NCBI GenBank assembly: GCA_010015585.1
Contig: ML975173.1
Reading direction: 5' to 3' (one strand)
Source: Eremomyces bilateralis CBS 781.70
Taxonomy: Eukaryota
DNA: 20,000 nt
Shown here piece after piece: positions 1 through 11,420 of this stretch. The notes under the pieces are model-generated. The model was not told the origin of the DNA. It made no database searches and saw only the letters and a program-made list of their open reading frames with translations. The number at the start of each line of letters is the position of its first letter. The stretch's first letter is position 1. A program made the position numbers and the translations under genes.

Positions 1-1132
1 AAAAGGACGGTGTCAGGGCGGATGTGGAGTTAGGCGCCAAGGCCGAAACCGTTGTATACAAAGTGGTGGTCTCATAGACAACATCAGGCAGTGAGAATAA
101 TGGCAATGATGAAACAGCGGAGGATGACACAGCAAGCGGTGCGGATGGTTCGGAGGTCGAGTTAGGCGCCAGGGCCGAAACCGTTGTAAACATGGTGGTC
201 GTCACATACTCGACACCGGGAAGTGAGGTGAAAGGAGCTGGTTTGGCCAGAGATAGTTGTGATGACCTTGAGGGAGACTGAGTTGGTCTTGCATTCGCGC
301 TGGACGAGAGCAACGGCTGTCCGACTTGTGAAGGACTTAGGATTTGTGGAGCTTGTGGCGAGGACTTGGGAATTGGCGAAGTAGGAGCTGAACTCGCGGC
401 ACTTCCAGTTGGTGACCTTCCGGAAGGCGAAGAAGCGGCACTTTTATCTGAGCTACCAGTGCTATCCCTGACAGGAGGCTGATGAAATGCGCTCTGGGAC
501 CTCGACGGTGGAGATGACGCCGAAGGAACAGTCGCGGAAACACTCGTTCGCAGCTGAGTCGGCGTAGTTGAAATACCGGACGATTCTCGCGCTGCAAACG
601 AAGAGGAAAATGACGAGGACGAGGACGAGGAGCGGCTGCTATCCACCACCGGTGTGCGCGACTCCGGCTCGGTGGAAGAGGTTGTAGATGCGCTCGGTTG
701 GCTTGAGATTATGCTCGATGTGGTTCTCAAATCGTCAACGAGTGTAGTGACGAAAATTACGGACGGAGGCACCGTAAGTTTCGGGTTCCCGCTCGGATCG
801 ACGAAAGTGAACCCTGGAGCCGTGGAGAAGATCGATACGGGCTGCAAGGGCACGATCTCCATATCTCCGTTGACAGCAACGACCGAGGGTGGCGAAGAGA
901 ATTCTACACTCGTCTGTGTCGTGGACGACATCTTTGTCGTGTTCACTGATGAAGTGGGAATTGACGTGGTGTTTGCAGATCTAGGGAGTCTGGATATCCA
1001 ATGTCAGTCGCGGATTGCATGCCAGGAATGGAGACGGACTCACAACCGACCAGCGGCTCGACCGTGCAATGGACTTGAATAAACATGATGGATTAAGGCT
1101 GCCAGCAGAAGTATTATACAAGTTCGAGCCAT
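1..1132 (-). CDS. Secreted/cell-surface Ser/Thr/Pro-rich mucin-like protein with internal repeats (3' partial). Exons 1132-1044 and 989-<1
   Basis: ATG at 1132 gives MARTCIILLLAALIHHVYS-SPLHGRAAGR (signal-peptide-like). A 54-nt intron 1043-990 (GTGAGT...CTGAC...CAG) joins it in frame to a stop-free frame running to the window edge (LLPRSANTTSIPTSSVNTTKMSSTTQTS...TTVSALAPNSTS...). Very S/T/P-rich with several N-x-S/T sequons. Absent from the ORF track. Confidence 0.8.
27..225 (-). repeat. Intragenic tandem repeat, 132-bp (44-aa) period, in the mucin-like gene
   Basis: GAGTTAGGCGCCA-GGCCGAAACCGTTGTA-ACA occurs at 27 and 159. Peptides are SLPGVEYVTTTMFTTVSALAPNSTS and SLPDVVYETTTLYTTVSALAPNSTS. 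Confidence 0.85.
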
Positions 1133-2014
1133 TTCTCGTAAATAGCTTTCGATATCTCACACGAATAACAATCGGTTTGACAAGCGGTTGCAGAAAAGCG
1201 GGCAAGGCACGACTTGCGCGTATCGCAAAACGATGAAGCAACAGAAATAGAAGAGAGGGACAAAGTTGCGAAGACGGAAGAGATCGACTTGAAAGAAAAG
1301 AGGCACCACAACAACAGGAACAGAGACAGAAGTGCGAGGAATCGCACCACTTTGAGATATGCGTGGAGTCATTATTCGTAGTGTTGACTGCCCGACGAGA
1401 CGCGTCGTCGGATCCATCTTGTACAACGGGAAAGAATTGGACCAGGCGGCTCTGCTTGTCATAGAGACAATGTTTCATATCCGACGAAAGACTTACTGAA
1501 ACTCCATGAGACAGGCTACGAATTGGAACGCACTGAACAAAGTCATAATGAAAGGAGGATGTTGATGTGTTACTGGCGACTCGCCCTTCAGATTCGTGGT
1601 GGAGAGAGGATGTTCGGGGCTCTGATTGGACGGTCATTGTTCTCCGCTGAAACGTCCACGTCCACGCCCGAACCCCAACCACCAACAGTCGACCCATCTC
1701 ATCTCCCGTTCAAACAACCACTGGAAGTCTGGAACCTCTTCTGCTCAGGTCCGGTGAAGCGTGGGCCGACATCGATTGAGCTGGAAGCGGCGGTTGCCGA
1801 ATGAGGATTCACTCAGACAGACTGGAAGAATATACAACTCGATTCTGACTCGGATGCACAATGCTACCATCCCATGGTCTAACGCACTCTCCCATTGTCC
1901 CACGTACGCTCCCACGAACCCAATATCCAAAACGCCTTGCTATGCAAAAGTCATCCACCATGTGACAGGTCTATGCACCAAGTCCTCAACGGACACCACC
2001 CGCATAAAATGCAT

Positions 2015-4296
2015 TCAGAAACCTTCCAATTCCATCCCCACCCTCATTTTCTCGACCATCTTCCCGCCCACTCCCTTCAACGCTCCCAGTTCACCCAGGT
2101 CATGAATTGAACCGAGCCGATCTTCGTCATCCATCTCACAGAGCGCATTGACGATGGATTCGGCCCGCTTCGCGCCCACTCCTTTCAGCGCTCGGATTTG
2201 GCCGACGTCGCGGGAGTTGATGACGTCCAGCAAACGCGCTGTTCGAGGCGTGGGGGGCTGTGTCGAGTCCGCATCGTTGAATACCGATAGTTTTAATTTG
2301 GTGTTTGCCGTGACGGGCTTACGTCGCGGCTTCTTCAACGGTAGTTCGTCCGCTAGATCGTACGAATCGTCATTTCCGCCTTCGGCATCAGGGTAGAAAT
2401 CGTCGTCTTGATCATGAGACGCCTCGTGCGGCTTGGAGGACTGGTTCTGACCCGGCATATGGTATGAGCCTTTGGATGGTGAAGGAGCGCTGACAACCCT
2501 CGCCCCAGGAAGTCTCCCAACCTCATTTTTTGCCCGCAGCCGTCCCTTCACGCCTTCTATCTTCCGCAGCAGTTTGTGGTTCCCGGGGAAGAACGGCAAC
2601 GCCAACTGGTACATGCGCAGGGCGCTTGGATCCTCGCCGCGGGCCGCATGTTGACGTGCCATCAAGAGGTACTGCAATCCTTCGGAATCTTCACGCTCCG
2701 TCACGCGGGCCTCCAAGACGTCCAGTCGACGTTGAATTTCGTCCGGGAGTGGAACCGCAGCCGCCGTCATGTTGTTCTCTGCTAGCGTTCGTTCTGCGAG
2801 CTTCTCCTCGACCAGGCGACCGACCATCTGCTCGATGGAAGCTTTGGAGAGCTGCATCTCGGAGGGTTTCGACGATCGCGGGAGGTTGGAGCGAATGGAC
2901 TTAATCGGTCTTGTGGATAGGTTACTTGAGCTGTCATTGAGAGGGCGCTTGTAAGGAGAGTTCTTGCGCTGCGAAGATGCTGCAAGGGGCCGGGCCGACG
3001 GCTTATTTTTGTCGGTGTAGACGGAGAATGTTCGAGGGGGTTTGTCGGGTTTGGGCTCCGGTTGAGCATGGTGAGATGGGATCTGAGCGTTGAAATCCCG
3101 GGTGACGGCAAGCGGGCGCAATGGTTGGCGATTGATCGAGGGCCCAGGCAGTGAATGGGTGGCTTTTGTGTTCGTGGTACGGAACATCGGTTCGTTCTCG
3201 ATCTCGTTCACCTCGATTTTCTTCGTTCGATTTGCAAAGTTGAGCGAGCTCAGCGTGTCAAGATGATAGCTTCGGACTGGAGCGAGATTCAGGAACATGA
3301 CCGTCAGCCCGTCGTTCTGCCCCAGGGAGAGGATCCTCGTCATCTTCGATTCCCGGTAGGGGATACGAGATTGCTTTTTGCTGATGGCTTCCACACATTG
3401 TGCCAGCACGAAGAGAGACTTGTTGATGCTTCCAGATTCCACCATGCGCTCCTTGTTGTTGTCGGTCCGGCGATTGTCTTCCGACCCGGCAAGATCGATC
3501 GCGGACGCTGTGCTGACCAGTGTACGATCCCCCGTCGTTTGCGTCAGCTTCACGCAAAGAATGGCGTGAGATCGGGACGAGTGGGCATTCAATTTCGTCG
3601 CGGACGTGCTTCGATTGATGTTAGCTTCATCGTAGAGCTTTTCAAACTCCTTCAGCGTCGTGCAGGGCCGCTCGGTCAATCCGCAGACGATCGTCTTCCC
3701 GCCGTTGTCACGGATGGGTAAACCAGCAGCGGTCCGTTTGTCAGGGGACTGAAACAAATCGTAAACCCGATCATTGTAGATTTCGTAGTAGCTCATGGCC
3801 ACGTGGAGTTCGGTAGCCCCTTCGCTATCCTTTTCGATCTTTCTACAACGCCGATATATCGAGCTGAGAAGACGCGGGATGACTCCACGTTCCGCGAGCG
3901 ATTTCCCTCCTCGCATCGTGTGGGTTTTGCCGGTTCCAGTGACCCCATATGCAAATAGCGTAACATCGTACCCGGAGAACAGGTGTTTCACCGTAGGGGC
4001 AACTAAAGCATGCGGTGAGTGGTTCGTTTCCAATGGAGGCTCCCCGATTATGATGGTCCACTCGCACCTTCGCTGTCAAATATATCCTGCTGCGTGCAGC
4101 TTTGGTCATAGACGGAATTGAATTGAAAGGCAAATGATTCGGCGCCATTCCTCGGATTTGGTATCCGCACAACATTGGGCCTAGGCACGGATTTCCCGGA
4201 CGATTCGCCTGAGGTCGAATCCGTATGTACGATCGTGTCGGAGCTAATTTCATGTTTCAAAAGTGGCCGTATTCTCGCGACCACGCGCACACTCAT
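2015..4296 (-). CDS. Kinesin-10 (Kid/KIF22-like) motor protein with C-terminal helix-hairpin-helix motifs, ~738 aa. Exons 4296-4068 and 4002-2015
   Basis: N-terminal motor domain: VRVVARIRP, P-loop GVTGTGKT, switch I NAHSSRSH, switch II DLAGSE, RIPYRESKMTRIL. A 65-nt GT..AG intron 4067-4003 joins ORFs 4048..4296 and 2015..4033 (DIFDSE-V-APTVKHLF). Two HhH-like motifs, LKGVGAKRA and LKGVGGKMV, at the C-terminus. Confidence 0.93.
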
Positions 4297-5017
4297 GTCG
4301 TCCGAGTTCTAGAGATGTCTGATCGCGTCGTTCAGAGGAGTCGAAGGAGATGGCGGATGGACGGAACGGAAGGGGAATCAATTCTTTCAATTGAGGAATA
4401 ATAAGTCAATGCTTTTCGTATGAACCGTCCGCGGAAAAGAAAAAGGGAAAATCGAGGCAAGACGAGTCGAGATGATGCACGCAAGACGCATCCGAATGAT
4501 CTGATCTATGCAGAGGTGAACGATTGAGTGGATGTTTACGTTTGTACAGCACCCTAGCAACCGAACGTCGTATTGGTCGCTGAAGTCCGCCGGGCACAAC
4601 AACGTCTCGTCTCCACACTCCTTAACTCCTGGCTTGATAAATGTTCGAATTGATCGGAGATAGTACCCATTTCATATGCTAACCATCAGTGAACATGATA
4701 AATCCCCATGAATGGGCAACGCAGAGGTATTGTCCAAAAGAGAACGTAAAGGAAGACATCACCAAAACTAAGTGCAACTCCTCGCATTCCTCATCAATCC
4801 TCCCTGTAAAATTCCATCCGTCGCGTTTCCACCAAAAACTCGGGGGGTATCATCTCGAATAAAAGAACCCGTTCGGGATCATGTCATCAGTCATCAATCA
4901 GTAAAAGGGGTATAACTGCGTGCCTCGTTCCCTCCAAAACGCGATAATCATAACAATTCAAAGCAAGCTCTCCTCTCTCCACCCAACATAAATGCCCTCA
5001 CCGACGCGTAAATCCCA

Positions 5018-7705
5018 CTATCCTCGTATCTTACTCCCTTCTCCGGTAGCCACCGCGACCAGAGCCTGCAATCCACGAAGGTCCGGTCGAGGCGGGCTAC
5101 TGGACATCTCGGGTTTAATCCCAAGTCCCTGAGGCCCCGTTTCAAGCAAGCCGTTCGAATGCGCCGGGTTCCAATCGCCCATCCCGGTAGACGGGGTTGG
5201 AATCGACCCATTGTCAGAGGATGACGACTCCGTTCCGGGAGACGTGCGATAATGTTGCTGAGCGGTTAAATGCTGCTGGTTGCTGAATGGAAGACTCCGC
5301 GGCAGTGTCAGCGGCGCTGCCTGACCTGAGTCAGGCAGGGGATTCGATTGCGGCGGCGGCTGATGTGGCAGCTGCTGCTGATGTGGCGGCTGCCGAGGTG
5401 GTGGAGGGGGAGGAGGTGGTGGTTCTCGGCCATAAGGGTTTGGTCCATGGGGTTGAGTATCAGCTGGAAATGGTGTTGGACCCGGTGCGATTGATATATT
5501 TCTCTGTTCAGGTCCTTGGGATGGGGATGGATATGATGGATTCTGATGCATTTCCACCGGGCCTTGGTACCACCCCATCCTTTTGTTACGTTTACTGGTT
5601 GGAGTCGTGGGGCTCCCGGGTTGGTCATGACGTGGAGTCACTGGCGCCGGTGCCGGATAGGCCGGTCGTGGGTTCGGAGCAAAGCTAACCCTCGGCTGCC
5701 CTTCCGACCGTGTTCGATGATGTTCCACCGCCGATGTGAAGGAGAACCGTTTGGGCTCCATGGGAGGCGTGGCGCTGGTGAGGTCGAGCCGCCCGATGCC
5801 TTTCTGTAGCTGGTTGGACAAGTCCCAGCTGATTCGATGATTCTTATATTCCTCCGCTCGTTCCTGCGGCGTCGGGGACGCATTCTGACGGATTGGTCGT
5901 GGCGGTGGACTATCGATCTGCATGGGGCTGGGCTGTCGATAGGGCAACTGCTGAGACGATGTCGTGGGGGAACTTGCCTGGCGTCGTGGAGGAAAGGTGA
6001 AGTTTGGTTGTGGTGGCGCTTTGTCGAAGCTTTCAATCCCCGGGAGGCGAGTGATTTGCCGAGCTCCTTGCGGAAGCTGCACGGCAGGCTGAAGAGGTGG
6101 AGGCGGTCCTCGTTGAAGCGGTTGCAATGGCTGGGGTTGGGGGAGAGGTGCTTGCTGCGCAGCGATAGTCTGTGTGGCGAATAAGGGCCTCGGCTCATGG
6201 GGTGCTCCTGGATACATTTGCACGCCACTTGTTGCCGGCCTTGGGCCCAGACCAGTGTATGAGTTGGGATGCCACGTTCGTCTTCGGAGATCCGCCTCGA
6301 CGTCCGACTCCTTTCTTCCGGGGCTAGAGAAAACCGAAGTGGTCGGACTGGCAAAGATCGAACCCTGTCCCGATGCACCCGACGAAGGAACGGGACTGAT
6401 GAATGCGGGAGGATACGTCGAACTTCCTTGGAAAGGGTTCCCGGCAGAAGGCACGGACAATCGTCGACCGGGTGTCCTGGCTCCGTACGCACCGACTGAT
6501 CTCGGAATCTGGGAACCAGGGGAATGTAAGCCGGAAGAGAAACGGGGCGAGTTGGCGCCAGTAGAAAACGTAGCAGACGTCGGCGTGCTGTAATCATTGG
6601 GGCTATGTCCCCCATAACCCGGGACATAGTTGGGTTTGGCGTTTGGCGGATAGTGTGGCATATTCTGCGGATTAAAGGTATCAAGTGATAGACGGGCGCG
6701 ACGTATTCCATGATTCGCCATCGCAAGAGGGGCCGGTCGTAATCTTGAGTCGTCTCTCCCACTAATGTTGATGCTCATGCTCGACGCAGTGGAGGCGATG
6801 CTCGACGTCGACAGGTTTCGGGAGTGGCCACGTGAATGCGTCCCTGAACCCATCGTGCTCGCTCTGCTTCTCCCCGCCGGGCCAGGACGGACACGGTCGG
6901 TGCGGATTTGACGCTGGAATCGAGTACCGGTCGCTGCTAATGAATCATCAGGGATAGCTTCATTTACATGAACTGTTTGTGCATGTTGACGTAGATTGTC
7001 GAGGCGCGAGAATCGGCGACTGCAGTGGCATTGGAAAGGTCGTTCGCCTGTATGCTTTCTGTCGAAAATCGTCAGCGTCTTGAATTGGACCACGGAACAC
7101 ATAAGACGAAGTGACTGGGCCGTGCTTAATCAACATCAAGAAACGTACCGGATATGTCTAGCGAGATGTTCGCTTCTGGTGAAGCTCAGTTGACACGGAG
7201 GGTATTCGGTGCAGAAAAAACGCTGTCCTTTCTTCTTCTTGTTCGGTCGGGCCGTATCACTGGTGACGCTTTTGTCGTCGTCGTCGTCCGAGAGTTCTTT
7301 CAAGTCCGGATCATCCCCGGTTTGCCCTTCCATATCGACATCTTGACTGCCACTGCGCGCTGTAACGGAAGTCCCTTCGGAATGATGAGACCGGTGAGAA
7401 GTAAGGGAGTTGCCCCGTGAAATAAGGGCAGGCTCTGGTCCGACGTAATCATATACGTTCCGTTTCAACTTCGAGGCTGGTGCTTCGCCGTATGGAGCTG
7501 CATCGGCGGTCAAGGGTCGTTGTGCGGCGTTGTTGTTGAACGTGTCTCTGGTCGGTGTTTTCGCGGTGTCGTCAGTTCGGGTCTCCGTGGTCGGTCCCTC
7601 TGACGAGGATTTCGGCGGTCGAGGAGTCGTGGGAGTATTCTCATCCTTCCTAGACAGCGAATCCGGAACCGTGAGGATGGTATTGACGGCTTGAAAGGAA
7701 GACAT
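5018..7705 (-). CDS. C2H2 zinc-finger transcription factor, Usv1/Rgm1(Nsf1)/Rsv1 family, ~865 aa. Exons 7705-7149 and 7058-5018
   Basis: The spliced product has two fingers, [52 protein letters not shown], which I recognise as resembling yeast Usv1/Rgm1. A 90-nt intron 7148-7059 (GTACGT...CTGAC...CAG) splits finger 1. NLS-like KKKKGQR precedes the fingers, followed by a long P/Q/S-rich tail. Start MSSFQAVN is in good context (catcATG). Confidence 0.9.
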
Positions 7706-10700
7706 GATGAATTCGGGAGAAGGCTGTGCCTTCCACGAAGGCGCGACAATAGGCTTTCCAACTCCTGTCGCTTTTCCCAATCGTTATTGTTCTTTTGCGC
7801 AGGTCGAGGTATTGATCGCAAGGTTTGCGCCCGGTGGCAAGGTGGTGATGCTGTGGTTTCTAGTGCAGGTCTGTCTCAGCCCCACCGAGTCGGGATTCGA
7901 ACGGCTTTGCGCAGGTGGCAAGGCGGGATCACAGCGGACGGCTGGGAGCACCGCACCAGAGAGAAAATGGGATCAACCTAAAACAAATCGGTGGAGCTAT
8001 CGGCATGCGACCGAATATTGAGCAGAGAGCAGGTCAAGTGGTCCTGTCGTGGAGGTGAAACAGGGTCGAAGAGGGGAGAGAAGGCGGAGGGGAAGTCGGA
8101 TGCGGGACAGTCCGCGCCAGGGCAGATCAGACGGGCTAAACTCTGAAGTGAGTCCAGGAGAACTGGGGTGATGTCGTGACTTTGAGAAACTCTTCCGGCA
8201 AGTCGATGAGGCTCTGCAGAGCGAGTAGGAATGATGGTGAAGGGAAGGTCCAAGCACGGATGTCAATATTGAAAGGAAGCGATGAGGAATGAACAGACCC
8301 AAAGAGGAGGCGATTCAGCCAACCCGACGGAAAGTCTGAGCCTCTAGATCGTTTTCTTGTTGGAGAGTTGGTGTGGATGACCTGGAGCCGATGAGGATGA
8401 CAGATGCACGACTGGAAGCAAAGTCAGTCCTAAGTTACAGGGTCTTGGTGCAGGCGATAAGAGTCGATCCCCCGCCACTCTCGATCTCGCTCACTTTTCT
8501 CCCGCTGTGTTACTAGCGCGGCGACTCGGAAGGTACAAATTCGGATGGTTGGGAGACTGTATATCGCTGTAGGGTCAACCACTTCGATGCGCGGAGCACC
8601 GTGTCGAGGGATCTGGGATGTGGATGATGCGATGCGACTGACAGAACTGCACAGGTGAAGCGGGACGCTGGGAGGGATGACGGTGATGAAAGACCCTCCA
8701 AGCCCCCCAAAGGCACAACTATCGTATTGCGCGTCACCACAATGGCGCCAGAGGTGCTCCCATAGGCTGGTTTCGAAGGGCTGGTAGGACCGAAGGAGGG
8801 AATGGGGCGGCAACGATGCGAGGGGCAGCCCGGGTGCAGCGGTTTAGCGCAGTCAGAACGGCCCAGGATGTGGAGGATGTGCGCCTAAATTGAACTTAAA
8901 GTCCATGCCCCTCCACGAGCCGGCGGGGTGTTCGGAGTTAGGGTCGTCAATTCCGCCCTGGGTAGTATCGAGGATTTGTGATATACCCAGGATATAGTAT
9001 ACGTGAGGCGGTTGTTCCGCACTACGACTCGGAGGTCGCGGTTTTGATGAATAGAGTGGTCAAGGGAAAGGTCAGAACTTTGACAGTCACGGTCCTGACT
9101 CTAGAGACCTATCGGGATTAACCGCCACCAGAGTCAAGGCGAGTCGAACCGGCAGCACTTGGGGCGTTGCTTTTTTGTAGCTACGGAGCGATGCAACAGA
9201 AGCGGGGTGTGGAGGAGAGAACAATACGAATAAGGGACGAAAACAAGCAAGGAAAAAGACACATAACAGAATATACGGATAACTACCTTAAATACAAGGA
9301 CTAAGAAAGTAAGTACCTTTCTACGGATACCAGCATTGATATTATTGTACAGTGGTTCTTGAACTTCGCGAACCATACCGCTACCCTGCTTCTCCCTGAC
9401 AGGAAGCCGTCTCGTCTACTGTAGCAGAGTCTGGTACGGTATGCAATATATTGCGATCCTAGGATTGATACCTAGGTACCGTTCTGTACCGTATGTTTGA
9501 CCTTGAAGGAGACATGCAAGGGAACCTTGAGCAATCCCGTTCCAGAGGATAGAGTCCGACTCTGAGACCATTCAAATCCTTGGGTCTGGCGCCGGTGTTG
9601 AGGTCAGTGAGGATGAATCTTCTCGGGTGGCTAGTCGAACTAATATCGGAGGATTTTTCGTCATGATTCCATGAAACATTTGCGCAGCATACGTCGCATA
9701 AGACGCAGGTACATACTAGGGTACAAAGATAGTACCTTGGGGACCGTACCGTACGGACGTGGACGAGTTGGAGAAGCCCGGAATGCCATGATCACCACGC
9801 CAAAGAACATCCATTGTCTCGTGCTAAGCCGCTGGATGCCGAAAACAGCTCAAGCATCTCGAAATGGTGCTATCGATGTTGGCCTACGGACAGAGCCAAT
9901 AATCAAGGTGAGGGCACATCGCGACACAGCGTCGCACGCATATTGATGCGCTCCTGGTAGTCAATCATCGTCAATCGCCGACCGGCATCCCGGCCAGACG
10001 GAGAAAGAGGGGCAGGACAGTTTCCGCAAGCCTGCAGTCGGCCAGCTGCTCTGCAAGGGCCAACCCCGCCCTTCACGAACAAAGTGCACGACACACAGGG
10101 AGCGACTGACAGTCGCTAGAGTGGCATCCGCAGAGGATCCTGCAACCTGCACATCTTTGTCCAATGCCAATGGACCCTAGTTGCAGGTTGACGCATCTCT
10201 CCGCGTTGCTCCAATCCCCCAGCCACCGCTTAATTGGCTCCAACTCACGAGCATGCGGATTGGGGCCGGAGGGTGGAAGGGGCCCTGGAATCCTGGAGCG
10301 AAACAGGTACCAGGTACAGAGTACAACTGGTGGGAAATGCATGCATGAATCATCGCATGAATCATCAATCTGCTGTTGAAGCTGATGCGGCGACATCCGG
10401 TTTTCCAAGCCTCCTGACCATCTCGAGCTCTCGACCGTTCCGGTAAAAGGACATCTCCCAAGTTCGTGCATTGGTCGAACAGCATCAGAGCAAAATGGGT
10501 TCCATGGATAAGATCCCGATTCCGAACCGTGGATATAAGATCAGGTGCGGAGTAACCGACTGCTTTGGTAGGAAGAATGAGCGCCCAGTATGGTTCGCGG
10601 TCCCTAGGACGCCCATGCTATCGCAAGGATTAAATTGTATACCGGTAGCGATATTCCTCAGATTCGAGGTGTGTTTTTAAGCCAAACCGCCAAATAAGAT

Positions 10701-11420
10701 ATCATGATACTTAACCCGAGCGGATAAGGTACGGTACGGCACCGAGCGGACTTTAGTTTAGTAGTCTTCATTCGCAGAAGTCAGTGCCACCCGTACTCGA
10801 AGCGGGAAACCAGGGCAGAGTCTCGGAAATGGCTGCAAGCCTCATATCAAACTTCAGGGCAGCTCGAGATTCGTCTGGCGGAAACCGGTCGGACAATATT
10901 GCAGTGCACCGGTTTAGGACATGGCTTCAAACAATGCAGCATGCGTAGTCGTACCACGTTAGTGAAACGTTTCTGCTCGGTTTCTCGAGGGTCAAGCGCT
11001 CGACGGATGGTGATTCGCGCTGAAATTGCACCAGAGGACGACATGAATGAATCTGCGACATGGCACGGAGAATGGCGCATACAATAACCAGCTGATACCT
11101 CTCATGGATTGAGTACTGCAGTAGTCATGTGCAACGAGACTGCAGTATATGCACGAGTAGCGAGTAGCGAGTAGCGCGTGCATGTGAAGATGATCGGCTA
11201 CGACATCGGTGGGCCATTGCGAAGTTGTATTGAAGAATAGATATTGTTCATCCTGTTCAGGTTCAAGATAAGAATGACCCCATTCTAATACTCGTAACAG
11301 CCTTGATTCTGGAATGCGAAACCTCCACACATCAGACTACATAAATTCATACCAAAATGGAGTGCGAGATGACTCAACGACCAACACTTTGTTAACGTAG
11401 GAGAGGCGTCATCAGATTCC

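Noticed and set aside
654..1082. 142-aa plus-strand ORF
   Set aside because: Antisense shadow of the mucin-like exon, with a GTG start.
981..1697. 238-aa minus-strand ORF and overlapping 1114..1350 and 1157..1462 ORFs
   Set aside because: No recognisable domain. Only the frame starting at ATG 1132 splices in frame to the long S/T-rich exon, so the others are likely leader or promoter sequence.
5287..6762. Ala/Val-rich plus-strand ORF 5287..5688 and 374-aa alternative-frame ORF 5638..6762
   Set aside because: Shadows of the GC-rich Pro/Gln-coding TF exon, with no domain features.
7706..7780. Possible TTG-initiated N-terminal extension of the TF
   Set aside because: An in-frame TAA lies two codons upstream of the TTG, the ATG at 7705 has good context, and nothing supports use of the TTG.
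7891..9152. Pol III B-box-like strings on the minus strand (GTTCGAATCC near 7893-7902, GGTTCGACTC at 9141-9150)
   Set aside because: No T-stem pairing, A-box or cloverleaf, so these are not tRNAs. Isolated TFIIIC sites cannot be supported from sequence alone.
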